IMG/VR virus record: IMGVR_UViG_2509276064_000002
Span: 9,471 to 73,470 of that record
Length of the DNA: 64,000 bases
Reading direction: 5' to 3' (one strand)
Origin: a virus
Lineage: Duplodnaviria; Caudoviricetes
Part shown: positions 56,425-64,000 of the stretch, one piece after another
Layout of the letters: each line of letters starts with the position of its first letter
How positions within the stretch are numbered: position 1 is the stretch's first letter
Translations under genes and position numbers: made by a program
Notes under the pieces: model-generated
Seen by the model: only the letters and a program-made list of their open reading frames with translations
The model's database searches: none
What the model was told of the DNA's origin: nothing

Positions 56425-58460
56425 GCCACACCTCCCAGATCCATAACGCGGAACTGCGCCTTGATCTCCTCGACACGCTCCAAAGTCACGGGTTCAGGCC
56501 CCAGAGCCGCAGCCACAGCAGGTTCCGGCCAGAACGTCTCACCCTCAGCCGCTTCCCAGGGGTCAGGCTGAGCGGCGGGATCAGGCCACGTCCCTTCAGC
56601 AGCCCACTTCGCTTCGTTGGCGGCCTTGATCGTCTCATCGCAAATGCCGCAGCCCTCGCCGCCGCACCATTCGCAAGGCGCGGGCCGCGCGAGGCGCCGC
56701 AGCAGACTGGACGGCTCATCGGGCGCGTCGGTGGCTGCGTTCGTCCACCACGCCACTACACGTAGCGTGCTGACCACACAGAGGTGATCCTTGGCGCGGG
56801 TCACTGCTGTGTAGAAGAAGCGGCGTGCCGTATCGTCCCGGACCTTCCCCGGCTGCATGATGATCACGCGGGGCCAGTCCGAACCCTGAGCCTTGTGGAC
56901 CGTGATCACGTAGCCGAGCTGGACGTACTTCTCTACCTCGTCCTCAGGAATGTCCACTTCTCGGCCGGTAATCTCCACCCGCAGGTGCGGCATCGTCTCG
57001 CCGTTCTCTTGTTCCCAGCGGCCATCGGCCTGCTTCCGCATGACCTGCTTGGGCTTGGTTGCCATCCCAATCACGCGGCCGGTCTGCCCATTGAAGATGT
57101 TCAGCAGCGTGCTGTTCTTGACGACGATGATCTTGTCGCCCACCCGGATTTCAGCCTGATATAGAGGGCGGTTGCGCTCACCCGTCCCCAGCTTCCAGAG
57201 GGGATATTCGAACAGGGGCATGCCGTTGGGGTTGATCACGGCCTGCGCGCGCAGGTTGTACCGCTCAGCGTTCTCGTTCTGGTAGGTGATGACCTGCCAG
57301 TCCTCAAAGTCCTGCCCACCATGGGTGCGGACCAGCTGCTCGAAGAGCGGTTCGAGGTTGGCGGGATCCACACCCAGGTGCATCTCTACGCACGCAGTAG
57401 GGGTGGGCCGCCGCCGATGCAGGATGCCTTCCGCCATGTGAAGGATGCCCTGCTGGTCTGCCTGCCGGTAGTTCTTTTCGAGGTGGACATGCGCCACGCC
57501 GTGCGCCAGTAAGTCAACGAAGGGCGTGCCGTAACCAATGGGCGGCAACTGATTCGGGTCACCCACGAGAATCAGGTGCGCGTGCGGGGGGAGGCGCTTG
57601 ACCACGGCCCACAGCAGCCAGTTGGGCAGCATGGATGCTTCGTCGATCACATACAGGTCTTCGGCCAGTCTTTCGACGGTGAAGCCGCGCTTCTGAAAGC
57701 CCAAGGCCTTGTGGATGGTGCTGGCTTCTGCCATGACCTGGTAGCGGTCGAACTGCTCGCGCATCCGGTCCGCAGCCTTGCCAGCAAAGGCCATGCCGCG
57801 CACGCTCCTGCGGTCCAGGCCTGCGCACTGGGAAGCACCGGCCACGCAGAACGTCTTACCCGTCCCGGCACCACCGGTGAAACACAGGACGCGGTTGGCG
57901 AGGATCGCGCGCACGGCCAGCGTCTGTTGCTCGTCTGCGCCCATGCGGGCCAGAACGGCCTTCTGCGCTGGGGACAGGTCTGCCAGTAGGAGGTGTTCAC
58001 CCTCGCCCGTGGGGAGACGGCGCATCCAGCGCTCCAGCTCTACTTCGGCCTCAAGTTCTTCCGGCAGCCAGTACAAGCCCTCTTCAACTTCTACACCGTG
58101 GACTTTGTAGCTGGGGTCGCGCAGCTCCAGCTTGATCCGCTCGCTGAAGAAGTCGCGCTCGCCGAGCACGCCTTTTTGCTCCAGGATGTAGCGGTTTCCG
58201 GCTTCATGCCGCCGCTCATCGTCTGGGGTCACCTCGAACTTCTCTTTGGCGATGCGGTCGGCCTTCTTGAAGCCAATCCCCTCCACCTCCATGAGGTTGA
58301 AGGGGTTGCGTTCGATCATCACGAGGGCGGCGTCGGGGTCTCCGTCGCCCAGGTCTTCCACCACGCGCTTCGCCAGCTTGAAACCAATTCCGGGCAGGTC
58401 TCGTATGGTCTGGTGAGGGTCGGTCCTGTACCACAGGGGGCCGCGTTTATCTCCTAACAT
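56421..58460 (-). CDS. RecD2-like SF1B helicase
   Basis: N-terminal HhH (LPGIGFK), TGGAGTGKT, IDEASM, VGDPNQLPPI, YVITVHKAQGS, YTAVTRAK. Confidence 0.9.
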   Translation of the reverse strand: MLGDKRGPLWYRTDPHQTIRDLPGIGFKLAKRVVEDLGDGDPDAALVMIERNPFNLMEVEGIGFKKADRIAKEKFEVTPDDERRHEAGNRYILEQKGVLGERDFFSERIKLELRDPSYKVHGVEVEEGLYWLPEELEAEVELERWMRRLPTGEGEHLLLADLSPAQKAVLARMGADEQQTLAVRAILANRVLCFTGGAGTGKTFCVAGASQCAGLDRRSVRGMAFAGKAADRMREQFDRYQVMAEASTIHKALGFQKRGFTVERLAEDLYVIDEASMLPNWLLWAVVKRLPPHAHLILVGDPNQLPPIGYGTPFVDLLAHGVAHVHLEKNYRQADQQGILHMAEGILHRRRPTPTACVEMHLGVDPANLEPLFEQLVRTHGGQDFEDWQVITYQNENAERYNLRAQAVINPNGMPLFEYPLWKLGTGERNRPLYQAEIRVGDKIIVVKNSTLLNIFNGQTGRVIGMATKPKQVMRKQADGRWEQENGETMPHLRVEITGREVDIPEDEVEKYVQLGYVITVHKAQGSDWPRVIIMQPGKVRDDTARRFFYTAVTRAKDHLCVVSTLRVVAWWTNAATDAPDEPSSLLRRLARPAPCEWCGGEGCGICDETIKAANEAKWAAEGTWPDPAAQPDPWEAAEGETFWPEPAVAAALGPEPVTLERVEEIKAQFRVMDLGGVA

Positions 58461-58550
58461 GGTGGTGCTCCTTCAGGGGCTGAAAGAGGAGGACTGCGAT
58501 TGCTTGCCGGCGCCGCAGTCCTCCCTTTACTTCAGGGGGCTAAAAAGGGC

Positions 58551-59207
58551 TCAGAACGGCAGATCCACTTCCGCCTGCCCCGTCGGGGCAGCGGGTGCGG
58601 GGCGTGGAGCGGGGGCTGCCTTCTGAGCAGCGGGAGCGCTCTGAGTGGTAGGTGCTGCCTTTGTGGGTTTGCGGGGGCCGCTCGCTGCGGCGATCTGCAT
58701 GACCTTGGCAATCTCGTTGCCCTGCTTCTCCCCGTTGTCCCAGACCCCCACGACGAGACGGCACTTCTTGCCGAGCAGTTCCTGGTCTCCAACGGACAGG
58801 CCTTTCACGTGCGCCTTCTCGGAATTGCCGCGGTCGTCCTTGCTTGTGATGTGTTCCAGCAGTTCCGTGTAGCTCTGGATGAACTCACCCAGGTCGATGT
58901 CGAGCAGGCCGGCGTTGTCGTTCGTGAACGTCAGCCCTGCGATCTCGCCCGCGCGCTTCCAGAAGGCACTCTTCTCGTTCCACTTCATGTTCTTGGGGAA
59001 GCCGAGGTAGTCGGTCAGCTCGAACTCGGTGCCTTCCTCGTCGGTCCACTTCCAGATGAACATGATCTTCGGGGCACCTTCGGGGGCGTACTGGCTGGGC
59101 TTGCCCATCATGACGATGGCCTTGTCCAGAACCATGTCGTAGGTGCCTTCGGGGAAGATGGTGCGCTCGAAGTTGCTGCTTTCCTTGCTCTGGCCTTTGA
59201 GTCCCAT
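58551..59207 (-). CDS. Putative single-stranded DNA-binding protein
   Basis: Beta-rich core, Ala/Pro linker, C-terminal EVDLPF. Confidence 0.55.
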   Translation of the reverse strand: MGLKGQSKESSNFERTIFPEGTYDMVLDKAIVMMGKPSQYAPEGAPKIMFIWKWTDEEGTEFELTDYLGFPKNMKWNEKSAFWKRAGEIAGLTFTNDNAGLLDIDLGEFIQSYTELLEHITSKDDRGNSEKAHVKGLSVGDQELLGKKCRLVVGVWDNGEKQGNEIAKVMQIAAASGPRKPTKAAPTTQSAPAAQKAAPAPRPAPAAPTGQAEVDLPF

Positions 59208-59326
59208 GGTGGTCTGTCTCCTGTGCTGGCCCGGTGCTTGAGGGTCGTGGGCCGGGGTGAATGGAGGGGTGAGGTGTCTGGGCCGCGGTGCCGCGTGCGT
59301 GTGACGATGCGCACCCCCGACGTGTC

Positions 59327-59503
59327 TCAGGTGTCGGGATTAATCAGCAGGGCAAGCGTCATCACGGCATGGGCGAACGCGGCCACGAACGTCACGCAGA
59401 ACCCGAGAGAGGCCCATGGGTTGGTGATCACGTGGGGCACCAGGGCGTAGGCCAGGGCGAGCAGCAGCAGCGTGCGGAAGAGGGAGCGGGCCGGGCGGGT
59501 CAC
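59327..59503 (-). CDS. Small 2-TM protein
   Basis: GTGA overlap; hydrophobic. Confidence 0.45.
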   Translation of the reverse strand: MTRPARSLFRTLLLLALAYALVPHVITNPWASLGFCVTFVAAFAHAVMTLALLINPDT

Positions 59504-59679
59504 AGCAACCCTTCCCAGCAGTCCGACGTTCCCAGGCAGCGTTGCTGGCCGCACATGGGGCAGGTGGGGCGGGTGGCCCAGCCGTACTCGGCGGGGCGAA
59601 CTACCCGGGGATCTTCCAGGCTCAGTTCGGGCAGCTGGGCCGGCGCATCCAACACGGCCACGGGATCGTTGCGATTCAC
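59500..59679 (-). CDS. Small Cys-containing protein
   Basis: GTGA overlaps; CPMC..C..C. Confidence 0.45.
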   Translation of the reverse strand: MNRNDPVAVLDAPAQLPELSLEDPRVVRPAEYGWATRPTCPMCGQQRCLGTSDCWEGLL

Positions 59680-59846
59680 AGCTTCACGGCCTTTCCAGCC
59701 AGGAGGCCAAAGAGGGTGGCGATGGTGGTATCCCAGAGGCCCTTGGCGCTGACCCAGCCGCAGAAGAAACCGAGGGCCATCAAGAACAGGGCGGCGAGCA
59801 GCAGTTGCACGGCGGGGCGCTGCAGGTGGGCGCGGAGGTCTTTCAT
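59676..59846 (-). CDS. Small membrane protein (MKDLRAHLQRP...)
   Basis: ATGA and GTGA overlaps; not in the ORF track. Confidence 0.45.
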   Translation of the reverse strand: MKDLRAHLQRPAVQLLLAALFLMALGFFCGWVSAKGLWDTTIATLFGLLAGKAVKL

Positions 59847-60094
59847 GCCGCCACCTCGCCCTCTGCCACGCGCTCAACGTCCAGGCGCTTCCCGGTGGCG
59901 GTCACGAAGCGGACCAGCTCGCTGCCCCGGTGGGAGGTGAGGTTCGCCACGCGCTGGCCACAGCGGTAGCGGCGCACGAACTCACCTTCGAAGGGCTGCT
60001 TCTCGTAGGTCCATTCCAGGCCGTCGGTGGTCTGGATCGTCGGGGGCGGCACGGCAATGTGCGCGCGGGTGAGGGTGATGCGGTCTGCTAACAT
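59843..60094 (-). CDS. Small early protein, paralog of 26388-26606
   Basis: SD ggaggagg. Confidence 0.7.
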   Translation of the reverse strand: MLADRITLTRAHIAVPPPTIQTTDGLEWTYEKQPFEGEFVRRYRCGQRVANLTSHRGSELVRFVTATGKRLDVERVAEGEVAA

Positions 60095-60156
60095 GGAGTT
60101 CCTCCTCCCCCTGCTGAGCCGGTGCAACGGCATTGACGCAGGGGGGTTGTTCTTTT

Positions 60157-60312
60157 TCAGCTCGCCTTGGGTTTCGCGGGCTGCTCTTCACGCACCTGGG
60201 ATGCGGGGGGAGTGATGGGGGTGGCAGTGCGCGCTGCCGCGTTGAGCGCCGCCATGACGCGCTGCCACGCTTCCGGGTCAACTCGGGTCTTGATACGGGG
60301 TGGAGTGGTCAT
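60157..60312 (-). CDS. Small hypothetical protein
   Basis: TGATG coupling to xis-like gene. Confidence 0.45.
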   Translation of the reverse strand: MTTPPRIKTRVDPEAWQRVMAALNAAARTATPITPPASQVREEQPAKPKAS

Positions 60313-60626
60313 CAGTGGGCCTTGCGCTGCCCACGCGCACTGGGAGCGGAAAGGGTGGTGTTGGGAACTCCGTGCAGCCAGGCCTGAAGGGAGTCGGCGG
60401 GTATCGCGTATGCCCCCCTCTCGCTGGCCTGCCGTGCGTGCAATTCCCCGCGACGGATGGCTGTGCGGATGCACCAAACGGTCTGGCCTGTTGCCTCAGC
60501 CGCTTCGGGGATCGTGTAGGCGAGTTTCAGGGGTGCGGGAGCTGCTTGGGCAGTAGAAATGCGAGCGGCAATCAGCTCAGCCAGTTCCGCCAACTGTTCA
60601 GGAGAGAGATGAACTTGGAGAGTCAT
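60312..60626 (-). CDS. Excisionase-like HTH_17 protein
   Basis: AYTIPEAAEATG..IRTAIRRGELHA..YAIPADSL. Confidence 0.8.
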   Translation of the reverse strand: MTLQVHLSPEQLAELAELIAARISTAQAAPAPLKLAYTIPEAAEATGQTVWCIRTAIRRGELHARQASERGAYAIPADSLQAWLHGVPNTTLSAPSARGQRKAH

Positions 60627-60835
60627 GGAGCCCTCTGTTCTTGATCTATTCCCAACTCGCGGCAAATAGAGAGCTTCGTGCTATGCCGGGTTTCCCTGCG
60701 CTCATGCAAGAAGTCGAGGACTGTTCTGGGCTTCATGCCGAGTTTTCGGGCGAGTTTACGCGCCGAAATGCCCCGTGCTTCGACCGCCGCCCGAGCGGCA
60801 GCAGCAACAGGATCAGGGATGGTGACTTCGGGCAT
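60623..60835 (-). CDS. Cro-like XRE regulator
   Basis: RGISARKLARKLGMKPRTVLDFL; divergent from repressor; leaderless start. Confidence 0.75.
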   Translation of the reverse strand: MPEVTIPDPVAAAARAAVEARGISARKLARKLGMKPRTVLDFLHERRETRHSTKLSICRELGIDQEQRAP

Positions 60836-60841
60836 GGGAAT

Positions 60842-60928
60842 AGAATACGACTGTGCCCATTTGGAGTCAATAACAGGTTGGGATTGATCCCAAAATAGTC
60901 GCCATTTCGGCCCATTCTGGAACCATTT
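60842..60928. promoter_or_regulatory. Lysis-lysogeny switch region
   Basis: TTGACT-17-TATTCT on minus 6 nt before cro ATG; palindrome TTGGGAT-tg-ATCCCAA 60878-60893; CCATT repeats at 60857, 60902, 60912, 60923. Confidence 0.7.
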
Positions 60929-61520
60929 GAGTACAGTTCCCGTATGGAAGCGCATGACTGCTTTGGGAATACCACTTGCGCCGAGGTCCTGGCCGATGGC
61001 AGCTAAGTCTGCTCAGCAGCCGGATCCTCGGGCTGTGGAGCACGGTGAGCTCATCAAGGAGCGCCGGCTTGACCTGGGCTTGAATCGTCCTGCGTTCGTC
61101 TCAGAAATGGAAAAACATGGTCAGGAGATAACTCCGGACTACCTCAATAAGTTAGAACGGGGAACAGCATCTCTTTCTAGGGCATCTCTCGAGGTTAGGG
61201 AAGCGATCCGCGCCGTACTGGGCTACTCAGCAGAGGAATGGCAGGAGCTGACAGGGTTGTACAGCCCGGAAGCTACTCCCCAGCGCCGTGGCGGCCCGCC
61301 CATCCCCCCAGTTGTCCCGTTTCGTGAAACGCCCATCACCATCCCGCGCGAGTTGCTAGAAATGGTGGAGCAGTACGGCGACACATGGCCAGTGCTGAAG
61401 ACCGAGAAGATGCAGCGGATGCTGGCGGCCCCTCGCAACTTTGGCGGTGCGGAAGTCGGACCACAGACCGCCGAAGACTGGCTCGATTACTGGATGGCAA
61501 ATAAAAGGTTCCTGACGTGA
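60927..61520 (+). CDS. XRE-family repressor (ImmR-like; true start uncertain, 60954 or 60996 possible)
   Basis: GELIKERRLDLGLN...ITPDYLNKLERG; upstream of metalloprotease and integrase. Confidence 0.8.
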   Translation: MSTVPVWKRMTALGIPLAPRSWPMAAKSAQQPDPRAVEHGELIKERRLDLGLNRPAFVSEMEKHGQEITPDYLNKLERGTASLSRASLEVREAIRAVLGYSAEEWQELTGLYSPEATPQRRGGPPIPPVVPFRETPITIPRELLEMVEQYGDTWPVLKTEKMQRMLAAPRNFGGAEVGPQTAEDWLDYWMANKRFLT

Positions 61521-62173
61521 CTTACGACACGTCCTACCTGGCTGCCGATTATCTCTACTACCTGAAGGCAGTTCAAAAAGAGCTACGCCACGAGCGTCAC
61601 GCCCTCAAGGTCGCTCACTACCTGGGCATTCGCATCCGCATTGGCTGGGCTAACCGCTGCACGCCCGATCACCCCAACGGCCCACTGATGGTGGTGACAC
61701 CGTGGAATTACGGAAACACGGATGTGGTGCGACACGAGGAAGCGCACATCATCCTGTGGTGGAGCGGCCTGGAAGCGGAGATCATTGCAGAGTTTGGGGA
61801 AGAACTGGGCTGGCGCGTAGTCGAGAACTTGTGCCAGTTCGCGGTGGGGTTCATGCGGATCACGCAGCCAATGGTGGACGAAGCTATTCGGCGCTATGGC
61901 GTCTCGGCGAAGGCTGTCAGATACCTTCAAAAAGTGAGCGGTGCGGATGCCCTCACGGCGCTCAACCGTCTGGTTTACGACGATCCCCGCAGTTGCCGCG
62001 CGGGGTTTCTGCTTTCGGGTTGCTACGTTGCTCAAACCGCAGAGTGCAACTGGGGCTTGCCCTTCCGGTGGCTGGACCAAGTACACAATTTGCGTAAGCG
62101 CTTCCCTGAAGATGCGAACGTCTCCTGGCTGAAGCTCACTCCTTCTCAAACGCTCGGCGTGTGCTGGGGCTAG
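61517..62173 (+). CDS. ImmA/IrrE-family metalloprotease
   Basis: VRHEEAH (HExxH), ENLCQFA, RRYGVSAKA; GTGA coupling to repressor. Confidence 0.75.
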   Translation: MTYDTSYLAADYLYYLKAVQKELRHERHALKVAHYLGIRIRIGWANRCTPDHPNGPLMVVTPWNYGNTDVVRHEEAHIILWWSGLEAEIIAEFGEELGWRVVENLCQFAVGFMRITQPMVDEAIRRYGVSAKAVRYLQKVSGADALTALNRLVYDDPRSCRAGFLLSGCYVAQTAECNWGLPFRWLDQVHNLRKRFPEDANVSWLKLTPSQTLGVCWG

Positions 62174-62176
62174 TCG

Positions 62177-63391
62177 GTGACCCGTCGCCGTGCCCGTCAT
62201 AACGGGGAAGGAAGTCTGACCAAACGCCAGGACGGCCGCTGGGAAGGCAAGTACACCGCCGGAGTTACCCCCGACGGCAAACAGGTCCGCCGCAGTGTCT
62301 ACGGCCGCACCCGTGCTGAGGCTGCCGAGAAACTGAAGGCCAAACTCGCCGAGACGCCCAAGGGAGCCATCGTGCTGACCGAGCGGGGGAAGCTTACCCT
62401 CGCTGACCAGTTGCGCGCGCACCTCAGCCTCCGTGAAGCCGAACTCGGCCCCGGCACGGTCCTAAAGCTTGAGAGCTACATCAAAGTCGTCTCCGCTCAC
62501 TCGGCCGGAGGCGTGGCCCTGGTGGACCTCAAGCCCGCCCACCTTGAGACCCTGTACCGGGATCTCTCGAAGAAGTACGCCGCGGCCACCGTCCGCCACA
62601 TCAGCGTGTTCGTGAAGCAGGGATTGCGCCGTGCCGTCCGGCATGAGTTGCTTCGCACCAACGTCGCCGAAGTGGCTGAGCTGCCCAGAATGCGTGATGA
62701 GAAGGCCGCGCATCCTCTGGAGCCTGAGCAACTGGCAGCGGCCATGGAGCAGGCGCAGAAGGTCCGTCTGTACCCACTGTTCGCCACCATTGCCACCCTG
62801 GGCCTCCGGCACGGGGAAGCCCTGGGGCTGCAGTGGGGTGACATCGACTGGAAGGCGGGGACGCTTGAAGTGCAGCGCACGGTGGTAAGTCGATCCGGGA
62901 CGCCCACCCTCAGTACACCCAAGACCCGCGCGAGCCTCCGGACCCTGTACCTGCCCGACGAGCTGCGGGGAGTGTTGCTGGTCCACCTCGATGCCCTACG
63001 GACTGAAGGGCTGTCCGTCTCCCCTACCGCCTGGGTGTTTCCTTCCACGGTGGGCGGGATGCTGAGTCAACACAACGTGCGCCGGGTGTGGCGGCAGATC
63101 CTCACGGCCGCCAAGTTGCCCACCGAGACGCGCATCCATGATCTCCGCCACACCTTCGTCTCGCGCCTGATTGAGGCTGGGGCGGATCCGCGCACGGCGG
63201 CTGACCTGGCTGGCCATAGTGACCCGCGTATGACCCTGAGTGTCTACACCCATAGCCGTGCAGAACAGCGGAAAGCGGCACTTCTGGCCAGCGCTGGCCG
63301 GGTGCTTCCAGGTCGTCAGCCTGTGGTCCACTCTAAGGCCAGGGTACCGAAAGAAGAAGAGGAAACAGCGTCTGGCACGGGGTTAGGGTAA
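62177..63391 (+). CDS. int: Tyrosine integrase
   Basis: N-terminal arm domain; GLRHGE, RIHDLRHT, AGHSDPRMTLSVYTH. Confidence 0.95.
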   Translation: MTRRRARHNGEGSLTKRQDGRWEGKYTAGVTPDGKQVRRSVYGRTRAEAAEKLKAKLAETPKGAIVLTERGKLTLADQLRAHLSLREAELGPGTVLKLESYIKVVSAHSAGGVALVDLKPAHLETLYRDLSKKYAAATVRHISVFVKQGLRRAVRHELLRTNVAEVAELPRMRDEKAAHPLEPEQLAAAMEQAQKVRLYPLFATIATLGLRHGEALGLQWGDIDWKAGTLEVQRTVVSRSGTPTLSTPKTRASLRTLYLPDELRGVLLVHLDALRTEGLSVSPTAWVFPSTVGGMLSQHNVRRVWRQILTAAKLPTETRIHDLRHTFVSRLIEAGADPRTAADLAGHSDPRMTLSVYTHSRAEQRKAALLASAGRVLPGRQPVVHSKARVPKEEEETASGTGLG

Positions 63392-63406
63392 CGGCTAGGA
63401 TAGGTC

Positions 63407-64000
63407 ATGATTGATGACCGCACTTACGCGCTCATTTACCGGACAACCCGTAAGAACGCAGCAACACGCGGCCTGCTGTTCGATTTATCACGGGATGACT
63501 TCGCTGAGCTGGTTGCGCGCGCCGACAGCAAGTGCGAGGTCTCAGGCCTCCCCTTCAGTCTTGAGAGGGCTGGGAGTTTTCGACGCCCCTTCGCGCCCAG
63601 CATTGATCGAGTCAACAATCAGCTGGGCTACCAGCTCTCGAATGTCCGTCTCGTTTGCGTCATCACCAATTTTGCGCTTAGCGATTGGGGCATTGCCCCC
63701 CTACTCCGTCTTGCTCGTGCGCTGGACCATAGGGAGGCTACCCAAGCCGAACGGCGGCATGAAGGATTGAGGCAGCAGATCGAAACCCTGCAGGCGGAGG
63801 CTGAGGCGTTGCGTTGTGAAGTTGCCGCCTTGCACAACCAAGCGGGCAGGCACGTGCTGAAGAATCGCTCTCAGGGGACAGGGACCTTTTCTCTCCGCAA
63901 GGATGGCCGCTGGGAATCCAAGTGTTGGCGGGATGGGAAACGCGTGTCCATCTATGCCAGGACGGAAGCTGAACTGCTCCTAAAACTGAAGGAGCTTTGA
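63407..64000 (+). CDS. His-Me-finger-like domain + coiled coil + integrase-arm-like domain protein
   Basis: CEVSG..PSIDRVNNQLGYQLSNVRLVC..TN; C-terminal GTGTFSLRKDGRWE..KRVSIYARTEAE. Confidence 0.65.
   Translation: MIDDRTYALIYRTTRKNAATRGLLFDLSRDDFAELVARADSKCEVSGLPFSLERAGSFRRPFAPSIDRVNNQLGYQLSNVRLVCVITNFALSDWGIAPLLRLARALDHREATQAERRHEGLRQQIETLQAEAEALRCEVAALHNQAGRHVLKNRSQGTGTFSLRKDGRWESKCWRDGKRVSIYARTEAELLLKLKEL

Larger units (their letters stand above)
2364..64000. mobile_element. Temperate siphovirus-like prophage (boundaries not resolved; the 117-2253 cassette may also be cargo)
   Basis: Complete ordered modules: integrase/repressor, replication, terminase-portal-capsid, tail, tape measure, lysis; chains of stop/start overlaps on the minus strand. 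Confidence 0.93.

Noticed and set aside
1-64000. CRISPR array, tRNA, rRNA, IS elements, attL/attR
   Set aside because: No repeat-spacer arrays, RNA-gene signatures or transposases; no shared att core could be identified, and the ends probably lie outside or at the window edges

Overview
Nearly the whole window is one temperate siphovirus-like prophage. The host is probably Deinococcus: the backbone is GC-rich, many genes have leaderless TAnnnT promoters, and one gene carries a Deinococcus/Thermus-type pilin domain. Right to left on the minus strand: integrase / ImmA-IrrE-like protease / XRE repressor switch (on +); early and replication genes (xis, SSB-like, RecD2-like helicase, ASCH, P4-type primase-helicase, iteron origin, Holliday-junction nuclease, putative late regulator); terminase, portal, scaffold, capsid, head-tail and major tail genes; tail chaperone with a -1 frameshift. 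A ~12.7 kb accessory island then splits the tail operon. It holds AAA_21+RloB, a repeat-flanked VOC gene, DUF1304, a second copy of the putative late regulator, IetAS, and an HTH/operator-controlled BRO-antirepressor + tandem HNH operon. After it come a 2569-aa tape measure protein, tail and receptor-binding genes, a GH19 lysis cassette, a pilin-like membrane gene and a TIGR04255/HEAT/ART-like three-gene cassette at the left end. Most intriguing: a signal-peptide-like leader (LA[ML]AS[SL]PRRA) shared by scaffold and major capsid protein; the TIGR04255 cassette; the duplicated regulator plus promoter/terminator in front of IetAS; and a His-Me-finger protein carrying a copy of the integrase arm-binding domain. 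Family assignments come from motif recognition by eye, with no database search. No att sites, tRNA, rRNA, CRISPR array or reverse transcriptase were seen.
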